The notes beneath the pieces were generated by a model that did no database searches, was not told the origin of the DNA, and saw nothing but the letters and a program-made list of their open reading frames with translations. This document shows, piece by piece, positions 8,024-16,155 of a stretch of 32,000 bases of DNA (positions are counted from its first letter, which is position 1; each line of letters starts with the position of its first letter). The position numbers and the translations under genes are program-made. The stretch lies in the NCBI GenBank assembly GCA_024275415.1, contig JAJRZD010000017.1, positions 30,001 to 62,000 on the forward strand. Direction: 5' to 3'. The DNA comes from an archaeon (GTDB taxonomy: Archaea > Asgardarchaeota > Thorarchaeia > Thorarchaeales > Thorarchaeaceae).

Positions 8024-9285
8024 ATCGGCCAGTGAGAATCATCAATATGACCGATAGCGGGCGTACCCTATCAGTGTCTATTAATAGTAAGAAGTTCACA
8101 ACACCCACGCGTGCTGTCATTCATACGGAGCTTGACAAGTTCGCACAACTCGTAACAAGGTACCAGAAACAGATTTCTTCTGTCGAACCGCCACCAAGCG
8201 AAATCCAAGAAACTGTGTTGGACTTTACTAAGGGTTCGCTACAGGCGCTAGTGTCTCGAAATGAAGAGGTACCAAGACGAATAGCTTCGCTGAAGAAACG
8301 GAATAAGAATGGATCTAACCGACTTAAGATCTGCAATCCGCGATTGACTACGCAAACTGAAACCGTCAATATTAATGAAATCAGGATGTTAGCACTACTG
8401 CAAATCGAGGCTCATTGCTTGGATATGATTACAATTCCAGACCCGAGTTTCACTAATCCTTCAGCGGATTTGCTTGATGCTGCTCTCGCTCAGGCCAGAA
8501 AACTGGCTGATGACCACGGAATGGATCGGATTCCTATCATGCCTTTATTCGACCTGAAAACCGAGCCTGATGATCTTGAATTACGTCTAAAAAGAGTATT
8601 GGATGAAGGACACACATTCATCGGGTTTCGATATCGCATGAAAAAGTTTGCCAGTATGGAACGCGTCAGACAAATTCTGGCTGACAAAGAGGTCTGGGTA
8701 CATCTAACGGGAGTATTCAAGAATCACTCCTCAAGGCCTATCAAACCACAGATCCACATAATGCCATTATATTCTTTTGATAGTGTTTCGAGTTACAAAT
8801 ACTTCGGCGGCCCCCGGAAATCAAGTTCTGAGGCCTTGGAGTTTCCCATAGTTCCGGAAAGAAGGGATCCAGGTGTCCGTGTGTACTTGGAACATATGAC
8901 TGCACACATTCCAATTGGAATCATCGATCCACTCGCCAATGAGAGAAGATTTGATTCTAATGCATTGGGTTTTCTCACCAAGGACATTCATCATGACTTA
9001 TGCGGAGATGCATTGAACTGTGATTGTTTCATATGTGCGGGGCGAACAATTGACCAGTTCTACGAAACCTATGGTATTGAGAATGGCAGTCCATCCCTAC
9101 CACGATTGAGATTGCATCAGAACATTCACGAGCTATATGCAAGTCATTCTGAATTCCAAGCTGCGCAGAAAAGGCTGACTAATGAAAGTTATCTCGAATA
9201 TCTCCGAGAAAAACCAGTTGTTCAACAGTATTTGAAAAACGAACGCGAATTCATTATCAGCTCAAGGCTTGATTCATTCACGTGA
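8020..9285 (+). CDS. Divergent tRNA-guanine transglycosylase (TGT)-fold protein with Zn site (421 aa)
   Basis: ATGA overlap and GGAGG SD at 8007. TGT-like landmarks appear in order: RT...FTTP, DMITIPD, FIGF, WVHLTGV, SFDSV, CDCFIC (9019-9036) and a later His-bearing helix (LHQNIHELY). Confidence 0.65.
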   Translation: MNRPVRIINMTDSGRTLSVSINSKKFTTPTRAVIHTELDKFAQLVTRYQKQISSVEPPPSEIQETVLDFTKGSLQALVSRNEEVPRRIASLKKRNKNGSNRLKICNPRLTTQTETVNINEIRMLALLQIEAHCLDMITIPDPSFTNPSADLLDAALAQARKLADDHGMDRIPIMPLFDLKTEPDDLELRLKRVLDEGHTFIGFRYRMKKFASMERVRQILADKEVWVHLTGVFKNHSSRPIKPQIHIMPLYSFDSVSSYKYFGGPRKSSSEALEFPIVPERRDPGVRVYLEHMTAHIPIGIIDPLANERRFDSNALGFLTKDIHHDLCGDALNCDCFICAGRTIDQFYETYGIENGSPSLPRLRLHQNIHELYASHSEFQAAQKRLTNESYLEYLREKPVVQQYLKNEREFIISSRLDSFT

Positions 9286-9330
9286 CTTGTGCAAAACCGT
9301 CCACATCCAATCCCAAAGGTGTCAGAAGTA

Positions 9331-9543
9331 CTATTTACCTTTCAGCAGTTTATTCATCTCTTTCTGGTAATTACACTTTCGACAATCAACATGAAACCAG
9401 TAGTCGGTAAGTTCGTCTTTTCCCTTTGGTCGTCTTGTACAAAAGCGATGAGTTCCGTTTTCAGTATAATGTGTTTTTCGAGTGGGGGGACTCCACGTTC
9501 TTCGCCTATTTTTTGATGAACTACGTTTCTCATCTTGGGTCAA
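9331..9543 (-). CDS. Small basic protein with putative Zn-binding H/C...CxxC motif (70 aa)
   Basis: TTG start preceded by an AGGTGA SD. Sequence THY...RFC...WFHVDCRKC. Confidence 0.55.
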   Translation of the reverse strand: MTQDEKRSSSKNRRRTWSPPTRKTHYTENGTHRFCTRRPKGKDELTDYWFHVDCRKCNYQKEMNKLLKGK

Positions 9544-9575
9544 TTTATCACCTTGCTTGTGAGGGGACGATCTGA

Positions 9576-10175
9576 TTACGAGGGATTTGACGGATGGACA
9601 GAAACATCGAATTCTGCTGTCACTTTAAAAACATGCCTTTTGTTCCACACCATTTCATTCTCATTATCCGAGATCAACACTGTGAGTTTTCTATAACCGT
9701 CAGGAATAGGTGAATCTAATTCAGTCAATAGCGTGATGGTTTCTCCAGGTGCAATCGCATCCTCATCAGGGTCAACCTCTTTTTCTCCTTTGAACCAATC
9801 CCCCGTTATCTTAATGGATGATAGAAACAGATTTCTCTTTCCTACATTCGCAACAATGATTGCTGTTTCTGGGTACCCCTGTGGGGGTAGATTCTCAAAG
9901 GTGATACTAGGAACTGGTTGATACTCATCTCGAATCAGGCTTAGAGATTTATAGTTGAATATTGCAGTTACTGCTAGGGCACTCAATGAAATCAGTACAG
10001 ATGTGGCTATAAGGAAATCCGAATATCCTTCAACAGGTGCATAGAACTCGATGAGTACTGTTGTTACCACGGAAAAGATAAGGACTAATAAAAATCCCAG
10101 TAATAAGAATTCCCCTAGCATTTTTGCAAAAGAAACAAGTTTCGCGACATAAGGTTTCATTCGCTCCGGAATCAT
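9576..10175 (-). CDS. Membrane protein with two TM helices and a C-terminal Ig/CARDB-like beta domain (199 aa)
   Basis: GGAG SD, two hydrophobic helices, and the pattern IIVANVGKR...IAPGETITL. Confidence 0.7.
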   Translation of the reverse strand: MIPERMKPYVAKLVSFAKMLGEFLLLGFLLVLIFSVVTTVLIEFYAPVEGYSDFLIATSVLISLSALAVTAIFNYKSLSLIRDEYQPVPSITFENLPPQGYPETAIIVANVGKRNLFLSSIKITGDWFKGEKEVDPDEDAIAPGETITLLTELDSPIPDGYRKLTVLISDNENEMVWNKRHVFKVTAEFDVSVHPSNPS

Positions 10176-10267
10176 ACTTCAATCTCCTACGCAGGACTCC
10201 TTTCACTCCATCCCACGCAACTACCAACTAACCAAAACACCCTATAAAGTCTCTTCCTATGCCCCGA

Positions 10268-10726
10268 TCATCGCAACTCCGGTTTGATGTATTCGAACAT
10301 CCGGTCTAGCAATCCGGACGGTGCTTCGAACCTGAACTGTCCAGAGGGGGTGTAGAGTACCATTGACTCGTTCTTGAGAATGAACCATAGGACCGAGATG
10401 ATACTACCAATCATCAATGGGAACATCCCATAGAACAAGACGTAGAACAGCAACACTGTGGAGGGAATCCAGTCTAATGTAAGAATCGATAACAACATCA
10501 TCATCCCGACGTATGCCAGTACCAACCCGAAGATGAACACCATTCCGCCGTATTTCCTTCTCTTCTCGATCCAGACGGCATCGATTGCCGAGAGCATCAA
10601 GACAAAGGTCTTCCATGATGAGCCCTTGGCGATAATCTTGTCTTCGTCGATGACTATGTTGTAGTAACGGGAATCATTGATATCTACTTGTTCTGTCATA
10701 ACTAATGGCTCTTTTCTGTTCGACAT
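10268..10726 (-). CDS. Hypothetical 2-TM membrane protein (152 aa)
   Basis: GAGGTG SD, TATA-like TTTAAGTA at 10760-10767 on the minus strand, and a central hydrophobic hairpin. Confidence 0.7.
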   Translation of the reverse strand: MSNRKEPLVMTEQVDINDSRYYNIVIDEDKIIAKGSSWKTFVLMLSAIDAVWIEKRRKYGGMVFIFGLVLAYVGMMMLLSILTLDWIPSTVLLFYVLFYGMFPLMIGSIISVLWFILKNESMVLYTPSGQFRFEAPSGLLDRMFEYIKPELR

Positions 10727-10875
10727 CTCCAGCCACCTCTGCCATAATATGCATCCCGATACTTAAATGAAGCTCCCGCGGATGATTGATAATTGCTCAC
10801 TTTATAAGGCTCGTGGACAACATGAGCTTATGAGTAACTATGAATTTGAGTGGATTCCAGGCTCATAAAAATAGT

Positions 10876-11160
10876 TCATTCTTCAAGGATGTCTTGGATC
10901 TCACAGACCTTCTCTGCTACCTTACGTCCCTTGTCAGTGATGACGAGGAACTTCTTCGGTCGCGGCCCCTCCTCCATGACCTCTTTCACCAACCCTAACT
11001 TGGAGAGGTTGTTTCGGCATTTTCGTAGTGCATCTTGGCTCATGATTCCTTCCGGATTCCAAGCTCGCTTGATTAGTTCTGTCACGTATCTCTGTCTTAC
11101 TTGAAGAAGCAATAGAAGTCTCAGAGATCCCACCGATTCTAGTTTTTCAAGGAGCTCCAT
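10876..11160 (-). CDS. Winged-helix transcriptional regulator (MarR/HxlR-like), candidate repressor (94 aa)
   Basis: LRLLLLL...YVTEL...SQDALRKCRNNLSKLGLV...KKFLVITDKGRKVAE fits the wHTH pattern. Confidence 0.85.
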   Translation of the reverse strand: MELLEKLESVGSLRLLLLLQVRQRYVTELIKRAWNPEGIMSQDALRKCRNNLSKLGLVKEVMEEGPRPKKFLVITDKGRKVAEKVCEIQDILEE

Positions 11161-11302
11161 TAGTCAAACCCAATACCATTTCAATGGTGGAAGTTAAATT
11201 CTATTCTACATAAATACAGTATATTGCTATCCAATATCCTTAATAGGATGTGATATGATACCGTATATTGACATTCAATCCATTAATTATGGAGATAGTC
11301 AG
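11161..11302. promoter_or_regulatory. AT-rich divergent promoter region with several short palindromes
   Basis: ACCATT-TC-AATGGT (11175-11188), ATATTG-N5-CAATAT (11221-11237), ATCCT-TAAT-AGGAT (11236-11249), TCCAT-TAATT-ATGGA (11279-11293), and GTATATTG twice (11219, 11263). Confidence 0.6.
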
Positions 11303-11488
11303 ATGTCAGAATACAAGCGATGGTATATGTCAAAGGAGACCCAGAAGGAATTCAACCAGTTCAAGAAGGAACTGGAGATCGAGCTGGGTCGTGATTTGAG
11401 CCAGGACGAGTTCGTGTCTATTTTTTGCAAGAACAAGGCTCGCATCCTGGACGTGCTAGTTGAACGCTCAGCGGAGGTGCCGGCGTAA
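11303..11488 (+). CDS. Small putative DNA-binding protein (ribbon-helix-helix-like, 61 aa)
   Basis: GGAG SD before ATG 11303. An N-terminal strand (YKRWYMS) is followed by two helices. The gene is divergent from the wHTH regulator. Confidence 0.6.
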   Translation: MSEYKRWYMSKETQKEFNQFKKELEIELGRDLSQDEFVSIFCKNKARILDVLVERSAEVPA

Positions 11489-12090
11489 TGGAGTCCCAAG
11501 AAACGCACCCGGGCGCCACCACGCCAGCATCACTCCCCGAGTTGCGTGAGCACTTAGTTTTTTCCCAACCCTCCCAGATACTGTGGGTGGAGAGGAAAAG
11601 GCTCCTGAATATGCGAGAGTACGGTCTTGCGGACTACGAGAACTCGGAGATCAAGATGAAGATTCCCTTCGAAACCACTCTTCCGGTTTCAAACGAATTC
11701 ATTCGCAAAGCCATATCGTCAGTGGATGCGGTGATTTCAGAGTGGGAAAGTTCCGAGCTCAAACGCATCCAGGAGTCCAATGATGCATTCCACGAACAAA
11801 GCAAGAAGGCTCGCAGGGAGGAATCTGTCAAATACAAGTGGAAACAGATCATGGAAGGTCTGAAACCCCGTGAGGATCCCCTACCCGACAGGGTCGTGGA
11901 CTATGTGAAACGGGGTGTCGAAGCTGATGCCCAAGAGATTTGTGAAGAGTTCTCAGAAGAGTTCGGTGAAGAAGCCGTCCTGGGCGCAATAATTGGGCTC
12001 GTCACTGGTTGGAAACCACGACTCGAGGAGATTCACCCAGGACTGTTCCGACTCGTCGCGGACGACAATCTGGAGGACGAAGGCGAATGA
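11488..12090 (+). CDS. Hypothetical protein (200 aa), possible C-terminal winged helix
   Basis: TAATG coupling to the upstream gene. C-terminal RVVDYVKRG...AQEICEEF...LFRLV resembles a wHTH. Confidence 0.7.
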   Translation: MESQETHPGATTPASLPELREHLVFSQPSQILWVERKRLLNMREYGLADYENSEIKMKIPFETTLPVSNEFIRKAISSVDAVISEWESSELKRIQESNDAFHEQSKKARREESVKYKWKQIMEGLKPREDPLPDRVVDYVKRGVEADAQEICEEFSEEFGEEAVLGAIIGLVTGWKPRLEEIHPGLFRLVADDNLEDEGE

Positions 12091-13892
12091 CCGCGACAGA
12101 ACAAAGACAAGTGTCCCATGATGCCGTGAAGAACCTCTTCGAGGAGAAGCCGGATATTATCCCAGTACAATATCAAGAGTCGATCATCAAGCACCTGGTG
12201 GATGGTGTTTCAAAGACGAAGGCTGCTGAATCAGTGGGGATATCAAGGCCGAGCTGGCAACGGCATCTCGAGAAAGTCCAGAGAGCGCTTGAAACCTTTC
12301 ACGTGGAAGGCGAAAGATTGGATCCCAGACGCCAGCGCATCGAGTATATCCACCCAACTCGCATTGATGTGACCACATTCCAGCCAAGGAACATTGACGA
12401 TCCAAGCGAGGCATTCATCGAGGATATCCGTCGTCATGGTGGGAATCACCAGGCGATTACTGTGAGAGAGAAGCCCCGTCGCTATGGGTCTAAAGACTAT
12501 GACTGCATTAAGGGACACCGCCGGCTGAAAGCATTGCTTGCGATCAATGCAGGACTCTCCCCAGCCGAGCATTTGCTTGCGAAATGTATTGTCGAGCCAT
12601 TGGATGACAAACAGGCCGCCCTGGAATCGCTTACAGACAATATGTTCCACAAGGACTTGGAAACAACAGACAGAGATCTATGGATTGCGAAGCTTGTTTT
12701 AGACTATGGATGGACACCATCTCAACTAGATGAGAGATTCGAGGACCTGAGCGCTGACGCGATATCGAACATCGTACGTTCATACCGTGACGCGACAGCC
12801 ACAGTAAGGGCACTGCTAGATTCAAGAGATATCGCGGTCGGACACGTCAAGGCCATCGTATCACTGCCTCCAGAGGATCAGGATCGGATAGCAGATCGTA
12901 TCTTGAAGCGGATCAAGGACTCCGTGACCGATGGGACTTTTCCTTTCGGGGGTCCAAGCGTCAGAGAAGTTGAGTCTTGGGCACGGATGGCTCGGAACCG
13001 GAACGAGGCTGTAAAGCGTCTCGAGTCGTATTTCACCGAACTGGTCAACAAAGGTGAAACGATACTGCATGTACGAAACTCTGATGAAATAGTCCAACAG
13101 GTCTTTGGCGGTTTCAGATACAACGATTACCGAGTGCGTGACTACGATGTAGCGAATGCCGCCAAGGCCGCAGGCATCACACTCGAATATCCGCCCCTCG
13201 AAGATTCACTTAACGAACTTAGAGACAAGTACTCTCTTCAAGAGGAGGAAGGTGGAAAGAGTGGTTCTGATGGCAAGCGATTGATAGATAATGAGAGCTG
13301 GATGGAGAAAAAGGATGAGGCAGTGATTGAAGAATCACCACCTAAAGACCTATGCAATAATTGCGCGGCGTTCAGCCATGCAGAACAGATATGTGCACTG
13401 GGGCTACTAGAAGTAGGGTTGAAACCCGAAGAAGTATTTGAATGTCCTGGGTTCTTGCATTCTGATGATAGGCGACCTTTCGTTTCGCAATGCCCTATCT
13501 GCAAGCATCAAACAATGGTCATCCACGGTGAAACTCCCTATCTTAATGAAACCCCGAGTGCAATCTCTCTTACACACGATTCCCCTCATGCGGAATTCAG
13601 AATGCACACGCAATGTGTTGCACAGCATCTGATCCGAAAGAAACTCCTCAGTGGGATGTGTGAGTCGTGCAGCGGTGCATTCTGTCCATTCATCCATTCC
13701 GACAACATGGTTTCGATTGTCGGACAGATCCGGATGGACATCAAGGAATGCGGCTATCTTTCCAAGAAACAAAAGTTGTCCGAGATCAACAAGTGGGCGG
13801 ACGGTGAGTACCGTGCTGCTCAGGTCAGGAAAAGGCGAAGTCGGCCGGGAGGACGAACCCCTGAGAAACGAGGGTGGGCGGCAAAGCAATGA
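12087..13892 (+). CDS. ParB/Srx-domain protein with N-terminal HTH and C-terminal Cys/His-rich domains (601 aa)
   Basis: ATGA overlap. HTH GVSKTKAAESVGIS; ParB-N motifs FQPR, AITVR, GHRRLKAL, LTDNMFHKDL; ParB-type HTH; then CNNC, CPIC and CESCSGAFC clusters. Confidence 0.8.
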   Translation: MTATEQRQVSHDAVKNLFEEKPDIIPVQYQESIIKHLVDGVSKTKAAESVGISRPSWQRHLEKVQRALETFHVEGERLDPRRQRIEYIHPTRIDVTTFQPRNIDDPSEAFIEDIRRHGGNHQAITVREKPRRYGSKDYDCIKGHRRLKALLAINAGLSPAEHLLAKCIVEPLDDKQAALESLTDNMFHKDLETTDRDLWIAKLVLDYGWTPSQLDERFEDLSADAISNIVRSYRDATATVRALLDSRDIAVGHVKAIVSLPPEDQDRIADRILKRIKDSVTDGTFPFGGPSVREVESWARMARNRNEAVKRLESYFTELVNKGETILHVRNSDEIVQQVFGGFRYNDYRVRDYDVANAAKAAGITLEYPPLEDSLNELRDKYSLQEEEGGKSGSDGKRLIDNESWMEKKDEAVIEESPPKDLCNNCAAFSHAEQICALGLLEVGLKPEEVFECPGFLHSDDRRPFVSQCPICKHQTMVIHGETPYLNETPSAISLTHDSPHAEFRMHTQCVAQHLIRKKLLSGMCESCSGAFCPFIHSDNMVSIVGQIRMDIKECGYLSKKQKLSEINKWADGEYRAAQVRKRRSRPGGRTPEKRGWAAKQ

Positions 13893-14004
13893 GCAGCGTC
13901 AATGTGTTCTTTTCTACAAACCTCCTATTATCGCGAACTAGCTCGTTTTCTCTCGCTCCTCACGTGCACCGAAACCCACCCTCTAAATTCCGGAGGACAA
14001 TATC

Positions 14005-15087
14005 ATGACTGATGGTACATCAACAAGTGAGTCAGTGACCGACCGACCGGACGGGTCCGGATTCATTGAGAATATGATTCAAGTCAAGGGGCGTTCAACA
14101 CTTAGAGTGCTGACCTTCTTCTATCAAAACAAAGGGACATGGACAATAAGTCAAGTCGCTCGGATGCTCCAAATGCCATACAGCACCGTCAGAAGCGCTC
14201 TACGGAGGCTTTCTCGAAATGCACTAGTCGGGAGACTCGAGAAGGGATATACTATTTTCGAGTCACGTCGTCCAGTTGTCGCAAATGTGTTATCGCATCC
14301 TGGAAAGAAGGTTTCTATCGTCACGGGCGAACCGGTCAGATGTTCTGTGGGCGCCCATGGGCGGGTGTCATGGGCGAGTGACCGGAAAGAGATGCGAGTG
14401 GAATTCTTGCCTTGGCAGCAGGTAGTGGATTGGACGAGCGGTTGGCCAGAGCACAAGCGAATAGACAGGATATCACTGAGGTCATTCATCGTGAAGCAGA
14501 TCAGGTCTGTGATTGACGGAACTCCGACACCTGTGGCTGGGTGGTTAACATACCGAGGACGACAATTCACATTGCGTGTGGCAAGGAAGAACGCGCTGAA
14601 TCTGTATGTGGGGGATCACACTTGGAAAGAGGAATTGCAGGAGTTCATCGCAAGCATTCCTAATCTCAATGAAGAGGACATGAACTCGATATGGAATGCG
14701 GTGGCGACAGCCTGCAAACATCCGAAAATCACGAGAGAATACCATGTCGTGGATCCAAGGATAGCCTCAGCGAGGCCGGAGCTTTTTCGTGGAAGTGAAC
14801 CACAACGATGGCTCTGCGCCGACCACGATGAAGTTCGTATACTCACATCCGCCGAGGAACCGGCCCGAGGTGGAGTTCTCAGGGCTGTTGAAGGCCGTGG
14901 ACAACGTGTGTCTGAACTTGAGCGCACAGTTCGCGACGGCGGCACACTACGAGCACCGGTTCATGCAATTACTCGAGGAGGCGTTACAGAAGCAGAAACG
15001 ACAGTACGAGAAGAGCTTGGAGGACTTGAAAAACGAGTACGAGCGCAAGTTTCAGGAGCTCAGGCAACAGCAGGAGGTTGCGCGTAA
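14005..15087 (+). CDS. N-terminal wHTH protein, possible replication-related protein; 0-frame product (360 aa)
   Basis: GGAGG SD. wHTH STLRVLTFF...TISQVARML...TVRSALRRL. The sequence after about 14788 looks off-frame. Confidence 0.65.
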   Translation: MTDGTSTSESVTDRPDGSGFIENMIQVKGRSTLRVLTFFYQNKGTWTISQVARMLQMPYSTVRSALRRLSRNALVGRLEKGYTIFESRRPVVANVLSHPGKKVSIVTGEPVRCSVGAHGRVSWASDRKEMRVEFLPWQQVVDWTSGWPEHKRIDRISLRSFIVKQIRSVIDGTPTPVAGWLTYRGRQFTLRVARKNALNLYVGDHTWKEELQEFIASIPNLNEEDMNSIWNAVATACKHPKITREYHVVDPRIASARPELFRGSEPQRWLCADHDEVRILTSAEEPARGGVLRAVEGRGQRVSELERTVRDGGTLRAPVHAITRGGVTEAETTVREELGGLEKRVRAQVSGAQATAGGCA

Positions 15088-15112
15088 TGGTCCGCCCGAC
15101 TACGTGGGATGA
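14783..15112 (+). CDS. +1-frame C-terminal extension of the 14005 gene, or a separate overlapping ORF from GTG 14789
   Basis: The +1 frame is open from 14765 to 15112. FVEVNHND...RPEVEFSG plus a coiled coil (QLLEEALQKQKRQYEKSLEDLKNEYERKF) looks protein-like. Confidence 0.6.
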   Translation, partial: FFVEVNHNDGSAPTTMKFVYSHPPRNRPEVEFSGLLKAVDNVCLNLSAQFATAAHYEHRFMQLLEEALQKQKRQYEKSLEDLKNEYERKFQELRQQQEVARNGPPDYVG

Positions 15113-15770
15113 AAAGCTCGAGAATCTGAGGGACATGATCGCCACGAACCGAGATGAGTTAACTGCACTGAACAGGTTCATTGCGGACCTCGGCAAGACA
15201 GATTTCCATTCTGGGACGCAGGATCTCAAGACGCGATTGGAAATCATCGAGGGCTGTATCGACATCCTACATTCTTCACATCTCGGACACACGAACACAT
15301 CTATTGCTGAGTTCAGGCAGATGCATGGGTTCGACCCTGAAGAAGAGGTTCGTTCGCGTCCTGCAATTTCAGAGGAGCAACGTATCTACAGAGATGCGCT
15401 AAGGCTGTGGGGAACAGACTCGCAAGTCGACATCTGCATCGAGGAGCTCGCTGAATGTATCCAGGCACTGGTGAAACATCGCCGCAAGGAACGAGGTTCC
15501 ACAAGGGAAGAAGTCGCGGAGGAGATAGCGGATGCGGACATCTGCCTGTCGCAGATGAAACTCCTCTTTCCAGAGTTCGAAAGGATCAGAGCAAAGAAGC
15601 TCGATATGTTGCGGCATTTTGTCATCCAGGAGAAGCAGAACGTCAATGACTGGAACTCCTGTCCCCGATGTGGCCACACGGTCACTTGGAGCCCAGATCT
15701 GACCGTGCATTGTGACTCCTGTGCATGGATGTCATCTCAATCTCACAAAGGAGGGTTGGTAAAAGAATGA
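15087..15770 (+). CDS. MazG-like NTP pyrophosphohydrolase with N-terminal coiled coil and C-terminal Zn ribbon (227 aa)
   Basis: GGAGG SD at 15073. EELAECIQAL...EEVAEEIADADIC is the MazG ExxE...EExxD motif; the C-terminus has CPRCG...HCDSC. Confidence 0.8.
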   Translation: MVRPTTWDEKLENLRDMIATNRDELTALNRFIADLGKTDFHSGTQDLKTRLEIIEGCIDILHSSHLGHTNTSIAEFRQMHGFDPEEEVRSRPAISEEQRIYRDALRLWGTDSQVDICIEELAECIQALVKHRRKERGSTREEVAEEIADADICLSQMKLLFPEFERIRAKKLDMLRHFVIQEKQNVNDWNSCPRCGHTVTWSPDLTVHCDSCAWMSSQSHKGGLVKE

Positions 15771-15931
15771 GGGTATACATTGCGGTAATCTACGGGAAAC
15801 AAGGCATAGAAGTGAACAGGTCGGATGCTTTCGACGACAAGTCCGATGCTATAGTATGGGCACGGGACGAGTGCAACGGCACCGACTGGAGGTACGAGAT
15901 ACTTTCGTACAGGGGGTTGACAAAAGAATGA
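15767..15931 (+). CDS. Hypothetical protein (54 aa)
   Basis: ATGA overlaps at both ends. Confidence 0.6.
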   Translation: MRVYIAVIYGKQGIEVNRSDAFDDKSDAIVWARDECNGTDWRYEILSYRGLTKE

Positions 15932-16155
15932 ATGTGGTGGTCAGAGTACCAGAGCCGCATTGCAGACTATGCTCACACTACAATGAATCAGGTGTTGCTC
16001 CCTATTGTCTATGGCATCATCGGGTCATCGATCGGCCATCGTCCGACCGATGCAATGACTTTGAGGACGCAATCTTTGAGGCTACGATGAGGTCACACAC
16101 AAGACGACTGGTCGATTCGACCTTTCACGTGAAAGGTAGGAGGAGAGGACGATGA
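15928..16155 (+). CDS. Small Cys-rich protein (75 aa; CxxC...C...C)
   Basis: ATGA overlaps. Sequence CRLCSHY...YCLWH...RCNDFE. Confidence 0.65.
   Translation: MNVVVRVPEPHCRLCSHYNESGVAPYCLWHHRVIDRPSSDRCNDFEDAIFEATMRSHTRRLVDSTFHVKGRRRGR

Noticed and set aside
8020-9285. Calling the gene tgt/arcTGT or dpdA
   Set aside because: The DSGG catalytic motif is not visible and no preQ0 synthesis or dpd partner genes are present. Only the fold is supported.
12009-12086. Longer track starts for several genes (2981, 4352, 7400, 8005, 12009, 15078, 15725, 15856, 16833, 17781, 19176, 20625, 29319)
   Set aside because: Downstream starts give stop/start overlaps, SD or TATA spacing, or the expected domain boundary. 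The extensions look like off-frame sequence.
13407-13889. 160-aa antisense ORF inside the ParB-like gene
   Set aside because: It overlaps a Cys-motif-rich real CDS and has no independent signals.
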